Below, in pieces: positions 38,254-48,800 of a DNA stretch of 64,000 nt. Position 1 is the stretch's first letter; every line of letters begins with the position of its first letter. A model generated the notes under the pieces. It saw nothing but the letters and a program-made list of their open reading frames with translations. It was not told where the DNA came from and ran no database searches. A program made the translations under genes and the position numbers. Origin of the DNA: a virus; IMG/VR virus record IMGVR_UViG_3300005253_000193, positions 1 to 64,000 of that record; one strand, given 5' to 3'.

Positions 38254-38907
38254 ATGCTAACCATTAATACAGCCGCAGTTTCCACGAAGCTCACGACCCT
38301 TTCCAGGGTTAAGAGAGAAATGGATATTGATACAACGGCTTCCTCATCTGATAAGATCTTGGACGAAACTATTCAAGAGGCTTCCGATTGGATTACTAGA
38401 TATACGGGCCGCACGTTTGCTCTTGAAACAGTTACAGAGACAATGGATACGGCTGGTAGGTTTAAGGTCGTTCTGGAAAAGACCCCTATAGTTTCTATTG
38501 TTCAGGTGACTCGTGATGGCACCACCATTTCCTCAACGGTATATGAAGTGGAAAATGCCAAGGCCGGTATTGTTTGGAATGAATCCGGTTGGACCCCCAC
38601 TCAGCTTCTAGCTAATTACATTGAAACCTTTCCAACTCATGAAGGACGTCGTGATTGGTCTTTCAATTATATTGCTGGCTATCAGATGCCTGGAACCACT
38701 GCTTCTACCCACGGGTTGGAGGAAACTCTTCCTAAGGACCTGGAACGTGCTTGCATCGATCTGGTCAAGACCAATTACTTCCGGCGCGGTGACGATCCTC
38801 GGGTCGTGAGGCAGGGAGTTGGTGATACCTTTGAGCAACTCTCCAGAGAAGCCATTCCACCCACAACCTTGCAAATACTGGATAGATGGAAGAGAATTGA
38901 CATCTAG
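38254..38907 (+). CDS. head-tail connector (gp6/gp15-like)
   Basis: LTTLSRVK...IQEASDWITRYTGRTF...YIAGY...LPKDLERAC. Confidence 0.75.
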   Translation: MLTINTAAVSTKLTTLSRVKREMDIDTTASSSDKILDETIQEASDWITRYTGRTFALETVTETMDTAGRFKVVLEKTPIVSIVQVTRDGTTISSTVYEVENAKAGIVWNESGWTPTQLLANYIETFPTHEGRRDWSFNYIAGYQMPGTTASTHGLEETLPKDLERACIDLVKTNYFRRGDDPRVVRQGVGDTFEQLSREAIPPTTLQILDRWKRIDI

Positions 38908-38943
38908 CCGGTAGGACCGCAACCGAACAACGGAGGTCGTGCC

Positions 38944-39810
38944 ATGTTCAGAATCCCCGCAAATAGATGCTTCATGGTTGCTGAGATTGGTATCAATCAC
39001 AATTCCGATTTGGATATTGCCTTCAAACTTATCAAGAAGGCAAAGGAAGCTGGTTTTGATTGCGTCAAGTTCCAAAAGCGGACTGTTGATGTGGTCTACG
39101 GCAAGGAAGAGCTCGACAAGCCAAGGGAAAGCCCTTGGGGGACCACCAACAGGGAACAAAAAATGGCCCTGGAACTTAGCCGGGATGATTACGACGAAAT
39201 CAATTCATATTGTGCCTTTCATGACATTTTGTGGACGGCAAGCCCGTGGGATGAGGAATCGGTGGATTTCCTCATGCAGTATGATCCTCCCTACATCAAA
39301 ATTGCCAGTGCTTGTCTGACCGATGCCGGGCTTTTAAGGCGCGCTGCTGAAACCGAGAAGCCGCTTTTTCTGTCCACAGGCATGACAACCCTCGATATGA
39401 TATATCATGCTATGGAGGTTATAACCAATGCTGGCGGGGAAGTTGGTCTTATCTATCATTGCACGAGCACCTATCCGTGCGCTCCGGAGGACATCAATTT
39501 GTTGGGGATCAAGACATTGATGGAAGCCTTCCCTCGCATCCCAATCGGGTACTCAGGTCACGAACCGGGTTTGCCCCCTTCGGTAATGGCGGCTGCCTTG
39601 GGGGCAAGGTCCATCGAAAGGCATATCACATTACAACGTTCCATGTATGGAAGTGATCAGGCGGCATCTCTTGACCCCGAGGGCTTCCGCAGGCTGGTCC
39701 GAGACGTTCGTCTGTGGGAGGCTGTTAGAGGGGATGGCATCCTTCGCATATGTGAGTCCGAGAAGGCAGTTGAAAAGAAGCTACGCCGAAAAAACAATTT
39801 GGGGAACTGA
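38944..39810 (+). CDS. neuB: N-acetylneuraminate/nonulosonate synthase
   Basis: VAEIGINHN, VKFQKR, IKIASA, LSTGM, HCTSTYP, GYSGHE, IERHIT. Confidence 0.92.
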   Translation: MFRIPANRCFMVAEIGINHNSDLDIAFKLIKKAKEAGFDCVKFQKRTVDVVYGKEELDKPRESPWGTTNREQKMALELSRDDYDEINSYCAFHDILWTASPWDEESVDFLMQYDPPYIKIASACLTDAGLLRRAAETEKPLFLSTGMTTLDMIYHAMEVITNAGGEVGLIYHCTSTYPCAPEDINLLGIKTLMEAFPRIPIGYSGHEPGLPPSVMAAALGARSIERHITLQRSMYGSDQAASLDPEGFRRLVRDVRLWEAVRGDGILRICESEKAVEKKLRRKNNLGN

Positions 39811-39811
39811 T

Positions 39812-40279
39812 ATGACTGTGATACGAGTTCTGGTTCTTGACTTTGACGGTGTCCTAACTGACAATTTGGTCCATGTTGATTCCGAGGGGAAGGAGTCCGT
39901 GTGTTGTTCCCGAGCGGATAGTCTTGGGATTGCTATGGTGGTGGAGAGTGGTATAAAAGTTTTTGTTCTTTCATCAGAAAAGGATCCGGTTGTTGCCCAC
40001 CGTTGCCAGAAAATGGGACTGGACTATGCGAAGGGTATAGAGGACAAGAGAACGTTTCTTGGGAGTTGGTTGGCCCACAATAATTTCAGTTCGCGGGAGC
40101 TCATGTATATAGGGAATGATATCAATGATATTGGCTGCCTTGAACTGGCTGAAATTGGCGCTGTGGTGCCTGGGTCGCCTCCTGACGTGGTAGCGGTGGC
40201 CAATTGTTTTTTGAATGCACCAGGGGGGCGTGGGGCGGTGCGAGAGGCCTGCGACTTACTGCTCTCCGGGGACATTTAA
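39812..40279 (+). CDS. KdsC-like HAD phosphatase
   Basis: DFDGVLTDN, GNDINDI, GGRGAVRE. Confidence 0.88.
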   Translation: MTVIRVLVLDFDGVLTDNLVHVDSEGKESVCCSRADSLGIAMVVESGIKVFVLSSEKDPVVAHRCQKMGLDYAKGIEDKRTFLGSWLAHNNFSSRELMYIGNDINDIGCLELAEIGAVVPGSPPDVVAVANCFLNAPGGRGAVREACDLLLSGDI

Positions 40280-40929
40280 TGGTCACTGCCATAATTCCGG
40301 CTCGGGGGGGTTCTCAGGGCATAACTCGCAAGAATGTTCAGCCCTTGGGTGACAAGCCTTTGTTTGCTTGGAGCATAGAAGTTGCTCATGAAGCTGGGAT
40401 GCGCGTCGTGGTAAATACGGACGATGCGGAAATAGGCCGTATGTGCGAAGACTTTTGTGTTGAGGTAGTCATGGCCTCATCCTCTGTACATTCTGGCCAT
40501 GCTATTAATCCAACACTTCACACTATTAGTCAATTGGATCTCCTACAAGAGGAGAAGATATTTTTACTCCTTCCTACAGGGCCTCTCAGAAAGGTTGATG
40601 ATTTGATCATGGCCTTGAAAATAATGAAGGCCATGAAGGCTCCTTCTGTAATAGGAGTTTCCAGGACGAAGCCAAAACACAGTTTGAGGTGGATTAGGGA
40701 TGGTAAACTGGTCCGCCTTGAAACGGGAAATCCAAATAAACAAAGACAGGAGGTTGAGCAGCTTTACACTGTGAACGGAAATCTTTTCTTGTCCAGTGTT
40801 GAGGTCCTGGAAAGGGAGAAAACTTTTCATGTTGATGGAGCAGTACCGATTGTCATGAGTGGACCTTGTGTTGACATAGATGATTCTGGTGATTTGGATC
40901 TGGCTCGTATTTTGAAGGAAAGAGAATGA
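40279..40929 (+). CDS. neuA: acylneuraminate cytidylyltransferase
   Basis: IIPARGGSQGITRKN, LLPTGPLR, DIDD. Confidence 0.88.
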   Translation: MVTAIIPARGGSQGITRKNVQPLGDKPLFAWSIEVAHEAGMRVVVNTDDAEIGRMCEDFCVEVVMASSSVHSGHAINPTLHTISQLDLLQEEKIFLLLPTGPLRKVDDLIMALKIMKAMKAPSVIGVSRTKPKHSLRWIRDGKLVRLETGNPNKQRQEVEQLYTVNGNLFLSSVEVLEREKTFHVDGAVPIVMSGPCVDIDDSGDLDLARILKERE

Positions 40930-42026
40930 AAAGGATATTCCATCTAGTTGGTTTTGGGAGAAATTTTGGTGATATGGCCATTCAACTTTCGATGATGGAC
41001 ATGCTTCAGAAAAAGTCCAAGGAAGCACTCCAGTTCATTCCCATCGATTTGAAGACCAACACCCCAATAGACAGAGATCTTGTTGAATATATCAATGAGG
41101 TTGGGGATATGCTTTTGGTTGGTGGTGGTGGTATGATTATGAAGGGAGATGGTTTTGATACTCTTTCCGGTTGGCAGTTCAACATTTCATTAGAGGATCT
41201 AAAACTGCTTCAGGTCCCATTGGTCATTTATGGAATAGGATATAACGATTTTCAATTGGAGGAACTTTCCAGTAGGGTGAACAGTCATCTGATGGCTACT
41301 TTATGGAAGTCCTCCCTGTTTTCTGTTCGCGATGAGGGGACCAGACAACAACTTCTAAAGAGGGGACTCGACATAAGAGATGTAATCCCCGATCCCGCCA
41401 TGTTTTGTCCAAGCCATCCTGTTACCCTTCCTAATATTACTCAAGACTCGTTTTGCATCGGACTTAATTTGGCCGGAGATAGATTGGACCAGAGATTTCC
41501 TCCAATGGGTGATTATTTTGCTGTGATCGAGAAGTTGTGTAGTTCTCTTTCAGTCTTTTCCAGAAGCAAGTCCGACGTAAGACTCTTTTACATCCCGCAC
41601 ATTGATATTTATGACCACAAATTGTGGAAAGTAGTTAAGTCAAGATTTGATGGGAGGTGTCAGAGCATTGCTGATATCTTCCCAAATATGTTCCCCGAAA
41701 GCCTTGCCAGGGTTCCTATGCTGGCTGGTATCTATCAAAGGATGGATATTGTTGTAGGGATGAGAGGTCATTCCAACATCATTCCATTTGGTCAAGGAAC
41801 TCCAGTTGTTGGCTTTGGGTCCCATGACAAGAACAAGTTTTTTGCACAGCAGGCGGGAACAAAGGTGGTTGGGAATGACTGTGATGGTCTTTTGGAGTGT
41901 CTGTCTGAGGAACTGGATTGTGTCAAGAGAGCAGTCAATGTTGATACCTTAGACGATTTGTGGATCAAGATAGACAGATTTAATGAGAAGGTCATTTCCC
42001 TCTTGGAGAACAGAGATGCCACTTAG
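40926..42026 (+). CDS. polysaccharide pyruvyltransferase family protein
   Basis: NFGD, VGGGG, FSVRD, PDPA, GMRGHS. Confidence 0.8.
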   Translation: MKRIFHLVGFGRNFGDMAIQLSMMDMLQKKSKEALQFIPIDLKTNTPIDRDLVEYINEVGDMLLVGGGGMIMKGDGFDTLSGWQFNISLEDLKLLQVPLVIYGIGYNDFQLEELSSRVNSHLMATLWKSSLFSVRDEGTRQQLLKRGLDIRDVIPDPAMFCPSHPVTLPNITQDSFCIGLNLAGDRLDQRFPPMGDYFAVIEKLCSSLSVFSRSKSDVRLFYIPHIDIYDHKLWKVVKSRFDGRCQSIADIFPNMFPESLARVPMLAGIYQRMDIVVGMRGHSNIIPFGQGTPVVGFGSHDKNKFFAQQAGTKVVGNDCDGLLECLSEELDCVKRAVNVDTLDDLWIKIDRFNEKVISLLENRDAT

Positions 42027-42648
42027 TGAAAGATCAAAAACCCTTTTCGGTTCTCTTTCCTCGAGAGCAATTAATGGGGATAGGTTGGCTATGGATGCTG
42101 TCAAGTATTTGGAAAGACATCATGGATGGGCTGGCAAGAGTAAATTCTTTTTTAAGCCTGCTATCGATAGAACAAATATCTATGATTTTTTTGTCAGAGA
42201 TTTTGTGAAGAAGAATCCAAAGGCCAACATTCTGAATATAGGTTGTGGCTTTTGCACTCGCTTTTATAGAGTGGATAATGGTCATATTATATGGACAGAA
42301 CTTGACGTTCCTGAAGTTATGGATCTCCGAAAAGATTTCTTTGATAAATTAGATAAGGGTCCGAGGCACAGGAACACTAGTTTTGATCTGAAGGGTGGGC
42401 TTGATGCCTCCAATTATGACCTTATTATTGCTGAAGGGGTTCTTGTATATCTACCCCTTGAGTGTGCCCAGAAATTGGTTCAGGGTCATATGATATTTGA
42501 TGCGTTTACGTTAAAAAGAACTGTGAAGCTAGGCGACGACCAGCTTTGGCTGTATAATCCCAAGGATTGGGGATTCCTGAACATTATTCAGGAATGGGAT
42601 TATGACCGCCCTGGTAGGGAAGCCAAGGTTTTTGAGGTGATCCAATGA
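42016..42648 (+). CDS. class I SAM methyltransferase (LCM/TcmP-like)
   Basis: LNIGCGFCTRFYRVDNG, ELDVPEV, IAEGVLVYL. Confidence 0.8.
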   Translation: MPLSERSKTLFGSLSSRAINGDRLAMDAVKYLERHHGWAGKSKFFFKPAIDRTNIYDFFVRDFVKKNPKANILNIGCGFCTRFYRVDNGHIIWTELDVPEVMDLRKDFFDKLDKGPRHRNTSFDLKGGLDASNYDLIIAEGVLVYLPLECAQKLVQGHMIFDAFTLKRTVKLGDDQLWLYNPKDWGFLNIIQEWDYDRPGREAKVFEVIQ

Positions 42649-42980
42649 GCTTTGTTCAAAGAATGCTTAAACAACAAGGAACCTACTGGGCACCCCCAAC
42701 CGCTATCGATGCCTTTGAGGGTTCAACATATGTTGAACCCATAGCTATTAAGACGCGTTGGGAGGACAAGGCCATTCTTTTTCGGGATGAGGCCGGTGTC
42801 GAAGTGACGAGTAGTTCTGTGGTCTACGTTGACAGGGACGTGGTGACACGTGGTTATTTATACAATGGCACGTCAACCGCTGCTGATCCAACCACGGTGG
42901 ATGGAGCAAGAGAGATTCGCCGGTTTGAGAAATGTCCTACGGTCAGCGCCAAAGACTTTGAGAGGAAGGCATTACTGTGA
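42645..42980 (+). CDS. head closure/adaptor protein
   Basis: size, position and motif pattern. Confidence 0.55.
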   Translation: MSFVQRMLKQQGTYWAPPTAIDAFEGSTYVEPIAIKTRWEDKAILFRDEAGVEVTSSSVVYVDRDVVTRGYLYNGTSTAADPTTVDGAREIRRFEKCPTVSAKDFERKALL

Positions 42981-43537
42981 CGGGCAATCTTCCCACTGCT
43001 GATCTTCAAATAAGGGTTTCTGTTGATACCAAGAGGCTGAAACCCGCCATGGGTAAAGTCTCCAAATTTCTGAGAGAGCTTGATGATTTGTCCAATAAGA
43101 GAACCAGGAGAAAGACATTTAGAGTTGTCCGCCATGGAGGCCGAGAAAGTCTCAAGAAGGTCGAAAAGAAAATAGCCAAGGAATTTGAAGCTATTGAGGA
43201 TGGGACCAAGAGGGCATTGGAAAGAGTGTTGGCTCGGGTCCTGCATACGTCCAAGGGCCTTGTGCCGGTTGATACAGGTCTTCTAAAGAGGACTGGATTT
43301 TCAATGGCCGTAAGGTTGAAGACCAAGGTCGTAGGCATTGTAGGTTACAACATCATTTCCGGCAACGTCCCTCCCGGTGTGGATACGGGTGCTTATTACG
43401 CTGTATATGTTCATGAGATTAATGCTATACATGATCCACCCACTCAGTGGAAGTTTCTATCAGCGGCCCTTGACCAACATAAGAGTTCCATCTCAAGTGA
43501 TATGCAAACGGAGCTTAAGAAGAGGCGCAAAGGATAA
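42977..43537 (+). CDS. HK97 gp10-like tail completion protein
   Basis: VPVDTGLLKRT, YAVYVHE, KFL. Confidence 0.75.
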   Translation: MTGNLPTADLQIRVSVDTKRLKPAMGKVSKFLRELDDLSNKRTRRKTFRVVRHGGRESLKKVEKKIAKEFEAIEDGTKRALERVLARVLHTSKGLVPVDTGLLKRTGFSMAVRLKTKVVGIVGYNIISGNVPPGVDTGAYYAVYVHEINAIHDPPTQWKFLSAALDQHKSSISSDMQTELKKRRKG

Positions 43538-43549
43538 AGGAACATTCGA

Positions 43550-43978
43550 ATGGCAAATGCTCCCAGCAAGGACGTGGTTGACGAATTGGTCTCCGCTGGT
43601 GTTGCTACTTACAAGAATACGAGTGGTTGGGGGCTTTGGCTTGCCAGAGAACCAGTAACACCCGATACTGCTATTAGCGTATTTGATGCCGGAGGAGATT
43701 CTCCCAATCCAAAGTATCGCTTGAACGAGCCGACCGTTCAGGTTCGCATTCGTGGAGCGAAGTGGGGTTATAAGGCTGCTTATACCAAAGCCCAAGCCGT
43801 TGTTGATGCCCTGCTTGGGATTGGTAAGAAAACGATTAATTCAACCGTATATGTTGGTATTTGGCAGCTTGGGGATATTATTTTTATTGGCTTTGATGAC
43901 AACAACCGCCCAGTCTTTACCACGAATTGGCGTGTTGTTCGGGAGGTTTCGACGAGCACCTATAGGGCTCAAGCGTAG
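43550..43978 (+). CDS. tail terminator
   Basis: PTVQVRIRG...IGFDDNNRPVFTTN. Confidence 0.7.
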   Translation: MANAPSKDVVDELVSAGVATYKNTSGWGLWLAREPVTPDTAISVFDAGGDSPNPKYRLNEPTVQVRIRGAKWGYKAAYTKAQAVVDALLGIGKKTINSTVYVGIWQLGDIIFIGFDDNNRPVFTTNWRVVREVSTSTYRAQA

Positions 43979-43996
43979 GGCTGGAGGCCTTTTGAA

Positions 43997-44155
43997 ATGG
44001 ATATTATCGAGAAGTGGGTAATGGGTCTTCTAAAGGATTTGCGACTCAAACGCTTCTACGGTAAAATTGTTTTCGAAATGAAGTTTGGGAAGATTGTTTT
44101 GGTGAGAAAGGAAGAAACCCTCAAGCCTCCAACTTCCGACGCAAATACTGGGTAA
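43997..44155 (+). CDS. 52-aa DUF2292-like protein (not in the ORF track)
   Basis: GGAGG SD; FYGKIVFEMKFGKIVLVRKEETLK. Confidence 0.5.
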   Translation: MDIIEKWVMGLLKDLRLKRFYGKIVFEMKFGKIVLVRKEETLKPPTSDANTG

Positions 44156-44227
44156 CGGAAGAACCGGCCCCGGCCTGCTGAACTAGCAAGCCGGGGTGTC
44201 TTTTCTAACAGATGAAGGGTTCGAATA

Positions 44228-44626
44228 ATGTCACAGGCATCGTATGTGAAGGTCGTCAACATCAAGACCACGGGGTCCACCGTCTGGACCGAACTCAAGG
44301 GCATCAGCGGTTCTTTCGGATTGTCTGGCGAGATGTTGGATGACACTGAGTTCTCGAGCACCGGCTACCGCAGCCGTATTCGAGGGCTCAAGGACTACAA
44401 CGTCAGCCTTTCGGGAAACTACACGTCCACAGCTTCATGGTACTCCACGGTCTTCTCGGCTTGGAATGCAGGCACCAAACTGGACTTCCAATACTTGCCG
44501 AATGGCACCAAGGGCTTCCAAGGTCGAGGTATTGTGGATAACTTCTCCCACTCTGGTGATGTTGGAAGTCTCGAGACTGTCGAGGTGTCCTTGCAGTCCG
44601 AAGGGACGGCGCTCACCACGGTCTAA
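44228..44626 (+). CDS. tail tube protein
   Basis: LDDTEFSSTGYRSRIRGLKD...SLSG...VSLQSEG. Confidence 0.75.
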   Translation: MSQASYVKVVNIKTTGSTVWTELKGISGSFGLSGEMLDDTEFSSTGYRSRIRGLKDYNVSLSGNYTSTASWYSTVFSAWNAGTKLDFQYLPNGTKGFQGRGIVDNFSHSGDVGSLETVEVSLQSEGTALTTV

Positions 44627-44655
44627 CAACCCAAAGAGTGGAGGGAGAATAGACT

Positions 44656-45285
44656 ATGAGCGCACCAGGATATCTCACTACCATCAAGAAGTCCGGAACC
44701 GCCACTTCGATGACATCGGAAGCGATGTCGACGAACAGTACGGTGTCAAATACGTTTCAGCTCGACGCGGCTGCCAAGCGAATCCTGAATCGGGACGGTA
44801 CTTTCGTGGTCAGGGAAGCGGGAACTACTGCTCCGGTATCGGCTGCTTCCGTCGTCATTGATTATCTTTTTGGGAAAGTTACTCTCTCGTCTGCAACGAC
44901 TTCGGCGATCACCTTGTCTGGTTCGTACATGCCAATGACAGAAATCGCCGGGGCAAATAGCTTCACTCTTGAACAGATTAGGGATTCTTTGGACGACACC
45001 GACTTTACGAGCGTCGGCTGGCGCAGTCGGATTGTTGGCATCAAGGATGTTTCTCTGACCCTCGGACGATGGCAGACCCTTGGTGATGATTTCTTTTCCC
45101 TCATCGACAGTGGAGAATCAGTCGTGGCCGAAATTCAGCCGGGTGGAGCTGGTGATGTGGGCCGTGGTTGGTTCAAGATTGAGACGGAGGGATTCTCCGG
45201 GGACATTGGCTCCCTCGAATCGGCGGACGTAACCCTTCAGGTCGACGCCTCAACTTTAACCGATTTCAGTTGGGGGTCTGCTTGA
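44656..45285 (+). CDS. second tail tube-like protein with extra domain
   Basis: LDDTDFTSVGWRSRIVGIKD...GDIGSLESADVTLQ. Confidence 0.7.
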   Translation: MSAPGYLTTIKKSGTATSMTSEAMSTNSTVSNTFQLDAAAKRILNRDGTFVVREAGTTAPVSAASVVIDYLFGKVTLSSATTSAITLSGSYMPMTEIAGANSFTLEQIRDSLDDTDFTSVGWRSRIVGIKDVSLTLGRWQTLGDDFFSLIDSGESVVAEIQPGGAGDVGRGWFKIETEGFSGDIGSLESADVTLQVDASTLTDFSWGSA

Positions 45286-45317
45286 TACTACAACACACTT
45301 GAAAGGGAAAACCTGCT

Positions 45318-45862
45318 ATGACTAATTCCAAAAGAGATGAGATCCGCGCCGCCCTTTTCTCCTCCAAACAGTTCAAACGGAAAAAGGTCAAGATCCTCGA
45401 ACAGGATGTTGAGATAAAGCAACCTTCCGTCGGGGAGCTCACCGGCATTGGAAAGCTGGATGAGGATAAAGACAAGAACTCGGTCTGTCTGCTCATGATC
45501 GAGTATTGCTATGTCCCCGGCACCAATGAAAAGATTTTCACCAAGGAAGACTATGATGGTATCATGGGCTTTCCTTCTGGTGACTGGGTACAAACCTTCA
45601 ATCGGGCTTGGATGGAACTTGCCGGTATCGATTGGGAGGAAGCGGAAAAAAACTTGCTGGAGATAACTTCCGCGTCCTCCTCTTCAGAATAGCGGAGGTC
45701 TTGGGGAAATTTGTATGGGAGGTTGAACAACAAATAACTCCAAAGGAAGTCGCCGAGTGGGCTGCTTACTTCACGCTCCAGAGGAAGGCCGAGGAGGAAG
45801 CTTACAGAAAAATGGAGCGGAAGAATAGACCAAGAAAGCCTAGACATCTAAGGGGCAAATAA
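45318..45862 (+). CDS. tail assembly chaperones G (45318-45692) and GT, via -1 frameshift
   Basis: slippery A AAA AAC at 45647-45653; -1 frame open to 45862; precedes the TMP. Confidence 0.8.
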
Positions 45863-45865
45863 TAG

Positions 45866-48800
45866 ATGGTAACCACACTCGACGAACTGCAACTGGTACT
45901 TGGCGCAAATACGAAGAGCCTCGATAAAGCGGCTCAGACAATCAGATCTGTCGGTACGTCCATGGATAGGGCGGCTGATAGGATTGATAAAGCCGTCAAG
46001 AAGATCGAGCAAGGCTTCCGCTCCGTGGAAAAGGCAACCAAGGGCGCGGCTGTTGCTCAATCCTCATCTACCAGCAAAATACGTGCTCAACTCCTGAGGC
46101 AAGAAAAGGCCGTTGCATCTGCCAGGGAACAATTCCTGAACATGACAGCGTCCATCAAGCGTGCTGGACAAACAGATCCATCCGCTTTGGGAAGGATTTC
46201 CAGATCTTTCAAAGCTCTTGAGGCCAGGATGCGTTCCGGGGCTATGTCTAGTAGACAATTTGCCGAGGCTCAGATGAAATTCAGGGCAACCCTTGGAAGG
46301 TCAAGAAGGTCCTTGGCTGATTTTAGGGCTACTCAGATGGGGGCAACGGCGGCGACAGTTAAAGGAAGGGGCGCATTGGGAGCCTTTTCTTCCCGTTTTG
46401 ATGAGTTTGGTAGAGCTGTCCGAGTCATTGAAGGACCGCTGGGTGGGATAGCCGCTCGTTTCCAAACTTTCGGTGCTGCTATTAAGACTGTCAATCTCAA
46501 GATGTTGGCATTTATTGGTATCATTGCTGGTATGATTCTTGGATTTGTGAAATTATTTCCTGCTATTATAAGGGCACATTTGGAATTAGATAAAATAAGA
46601 AGGACGTTGAAATTCGCCACAGGGTCGGCGGCATTAGCGGGGGAGACATTTGAGTTTTTGCGGGAGGTGACAGGTAGGCTTGGATTGAATTTTGTTGCTG
46701 CTGCTGAACAATTTTCAAAATTTGCGGCGGCTGCAAGAGGGACCAGTCTGGAGGGAGAAAAGGTAAAGGAAGTCTTTGAAAGTGTCTCGATGGCGGCGAC
46801 AGTTCTCAGCCTTACCGCTGACGAGACTGCTGGCGTTTTCAGGGCTCTCCAGCAAATGGTTTCCAAGGGTACAGTGCAGGCTGAGGAATTGAGGGGGCAG
46901 TTGGGTGAAAGACTTCCTGGTGCTTTTATACTTGCTGCAAAGGCTATGGGGGTCACCACCCGACAGCTTGGGAAGATGCTTGAGCAGGGCGAGGTTTTGG
47001 CTGAGGAGCTTCTTCCCAAGCTGTCCAAGCTCTTGAAGGAAGTTTTTGGACCAGACGTTATTGGTGCATCTAACAGTTTACGTGCTGCTATAGAAAAACT
47101 GAAAAATGAATGGATATTTTTGCTTGACGCCACCAATGCGTGGACTGGTGCCAGTGGTCTTGTCAAGAGCGTTATGAATGGTATTTCGTCGACGATGAAG
47201 GATATGTCCGACACGATTAATATGTCCCTGTTGGAGAATAAAAAGTTCATGGAGCTTTTGCCTTATGAACTCTCTAAGATGCTTGCTTCAATGCAGAGGC
47301 GGCTTGTCCAATTAAAAGCTGCGGATAATCCCATTAAAGATTGGATTGTTGAGCTTTTTGGCGGAGGGACAATGAAGGAAGCTGTTGCCAAATTTGAAGC
47401 AGAGATACTTAAATTACAGAAACGTATTGGTGAGTTGAAGAAGCAGGGATTTGTTTTTGAGGACATGATAGATTTTGAAGTTGATAAACTCATGAGATCA
47501 TTTTTCGACATTCGAGATGAACTATTGGAGAATGAAAAGGCGATTCGAGATTACAATATTGGGATGAAGAAGCTTCTTGACATACTTGCAAGAGCACCAG
47601 AGGTAGCCCATGCCGCTGGAATGAGTCTAGAGGAACTCCGGGAAGGAGCTGAGAGAATAAGGGATGCATGGATAGCTTCCCTACCTCCGGCAATAAGGTA
47701 TGTAGAAGCTTTGGAAGCAATGGCCAAAGCGGAGGCAAAACTTTCTAAAATCAAAAGAAAGGAGTTGAAGGTTGCTGATCCAAGGGCGGCTTTTATTGCG
47801 TCAGGGATGGCAGAGTTAAATGATATATTGAAGGATATTCAATTTACCGCGAAGGAACTCCCGGCCGTCCTGAATATGGTCAGTGCTTGGGGCGTTGCTC
47901 TTGCGGATGCTTTCGATGCAAAAGCCCTTGCCAAGTATAATGAGGAATTGGCGAAGACCGAGAAAAGAATTGCAAAGATGATGTCTGCGTTTGAAGGACG
48001 TCTGGCTGCCGCAAGTGGTCAAGCAACGGGAACTGAGAAGGAGCAGTTTATTGATAAGGAAATAAGGAGATTCATGAAGGGTCTTGATGCAGCTACATTT
48101 ACTATTAGAGAACTGGAAGAGGCATGGGACAGGGCTGGGATTGCTGCCCTAAGATCATGGAATAAGAAGGAACTCCTAAGCTATACTGAGGCCTTGGAAA
48201 AGGCCAGGGCAAAAATAGAGGAGTTTGCGGGGAAGGAACTGGCTACCACTGACCCCCGACAGAAGGCGTGGAATGATGCTGCAAGGCAAGTCGCTTCTTA
48301 TTTTGCCAAGCTGGAACTGCTTCCAGAACAGCTTGCTTTGGTTGGGGATCTTATCAGACAAGCTGGGAATGCAAATGCTAAAGCCTGGGATGTGAAGAAT
48401 CTTGCCGCTTTTATTGAAGAGTTGGAGAAGGGAAGGGACAGGCTGGCAAAGATGATGTCTGCGTTTGAAGGACGTCTGGCTGCCGCAAGTGGTCAAGCAA
48501 CGGGAACTGAGAAGGAGCAGTTTATTGATAAGGAAATAAGGAAACTCCTAAAAGGTCTGGATACAACAAAGTTTTCCATTAGGGAGATGGAAGAGGCGTG
48601 GGATAGGGCCTCCGTCTCAGCCAATAGGTCTTGGAGCAGAAAGGAGCTTGACAAGTACAACACGTCTTTGGACAAGGCTGTAGTATCCGTTGATAAATTA
48701 ATAGCTGGTTTCCAGGCACAGATTGATACTGCCGGAATGACCGAAAGAGAAAAGGCTGTTCATGCTGCTGGCTTGGCGGCTAAAGCGGCGGCGAAGGACT

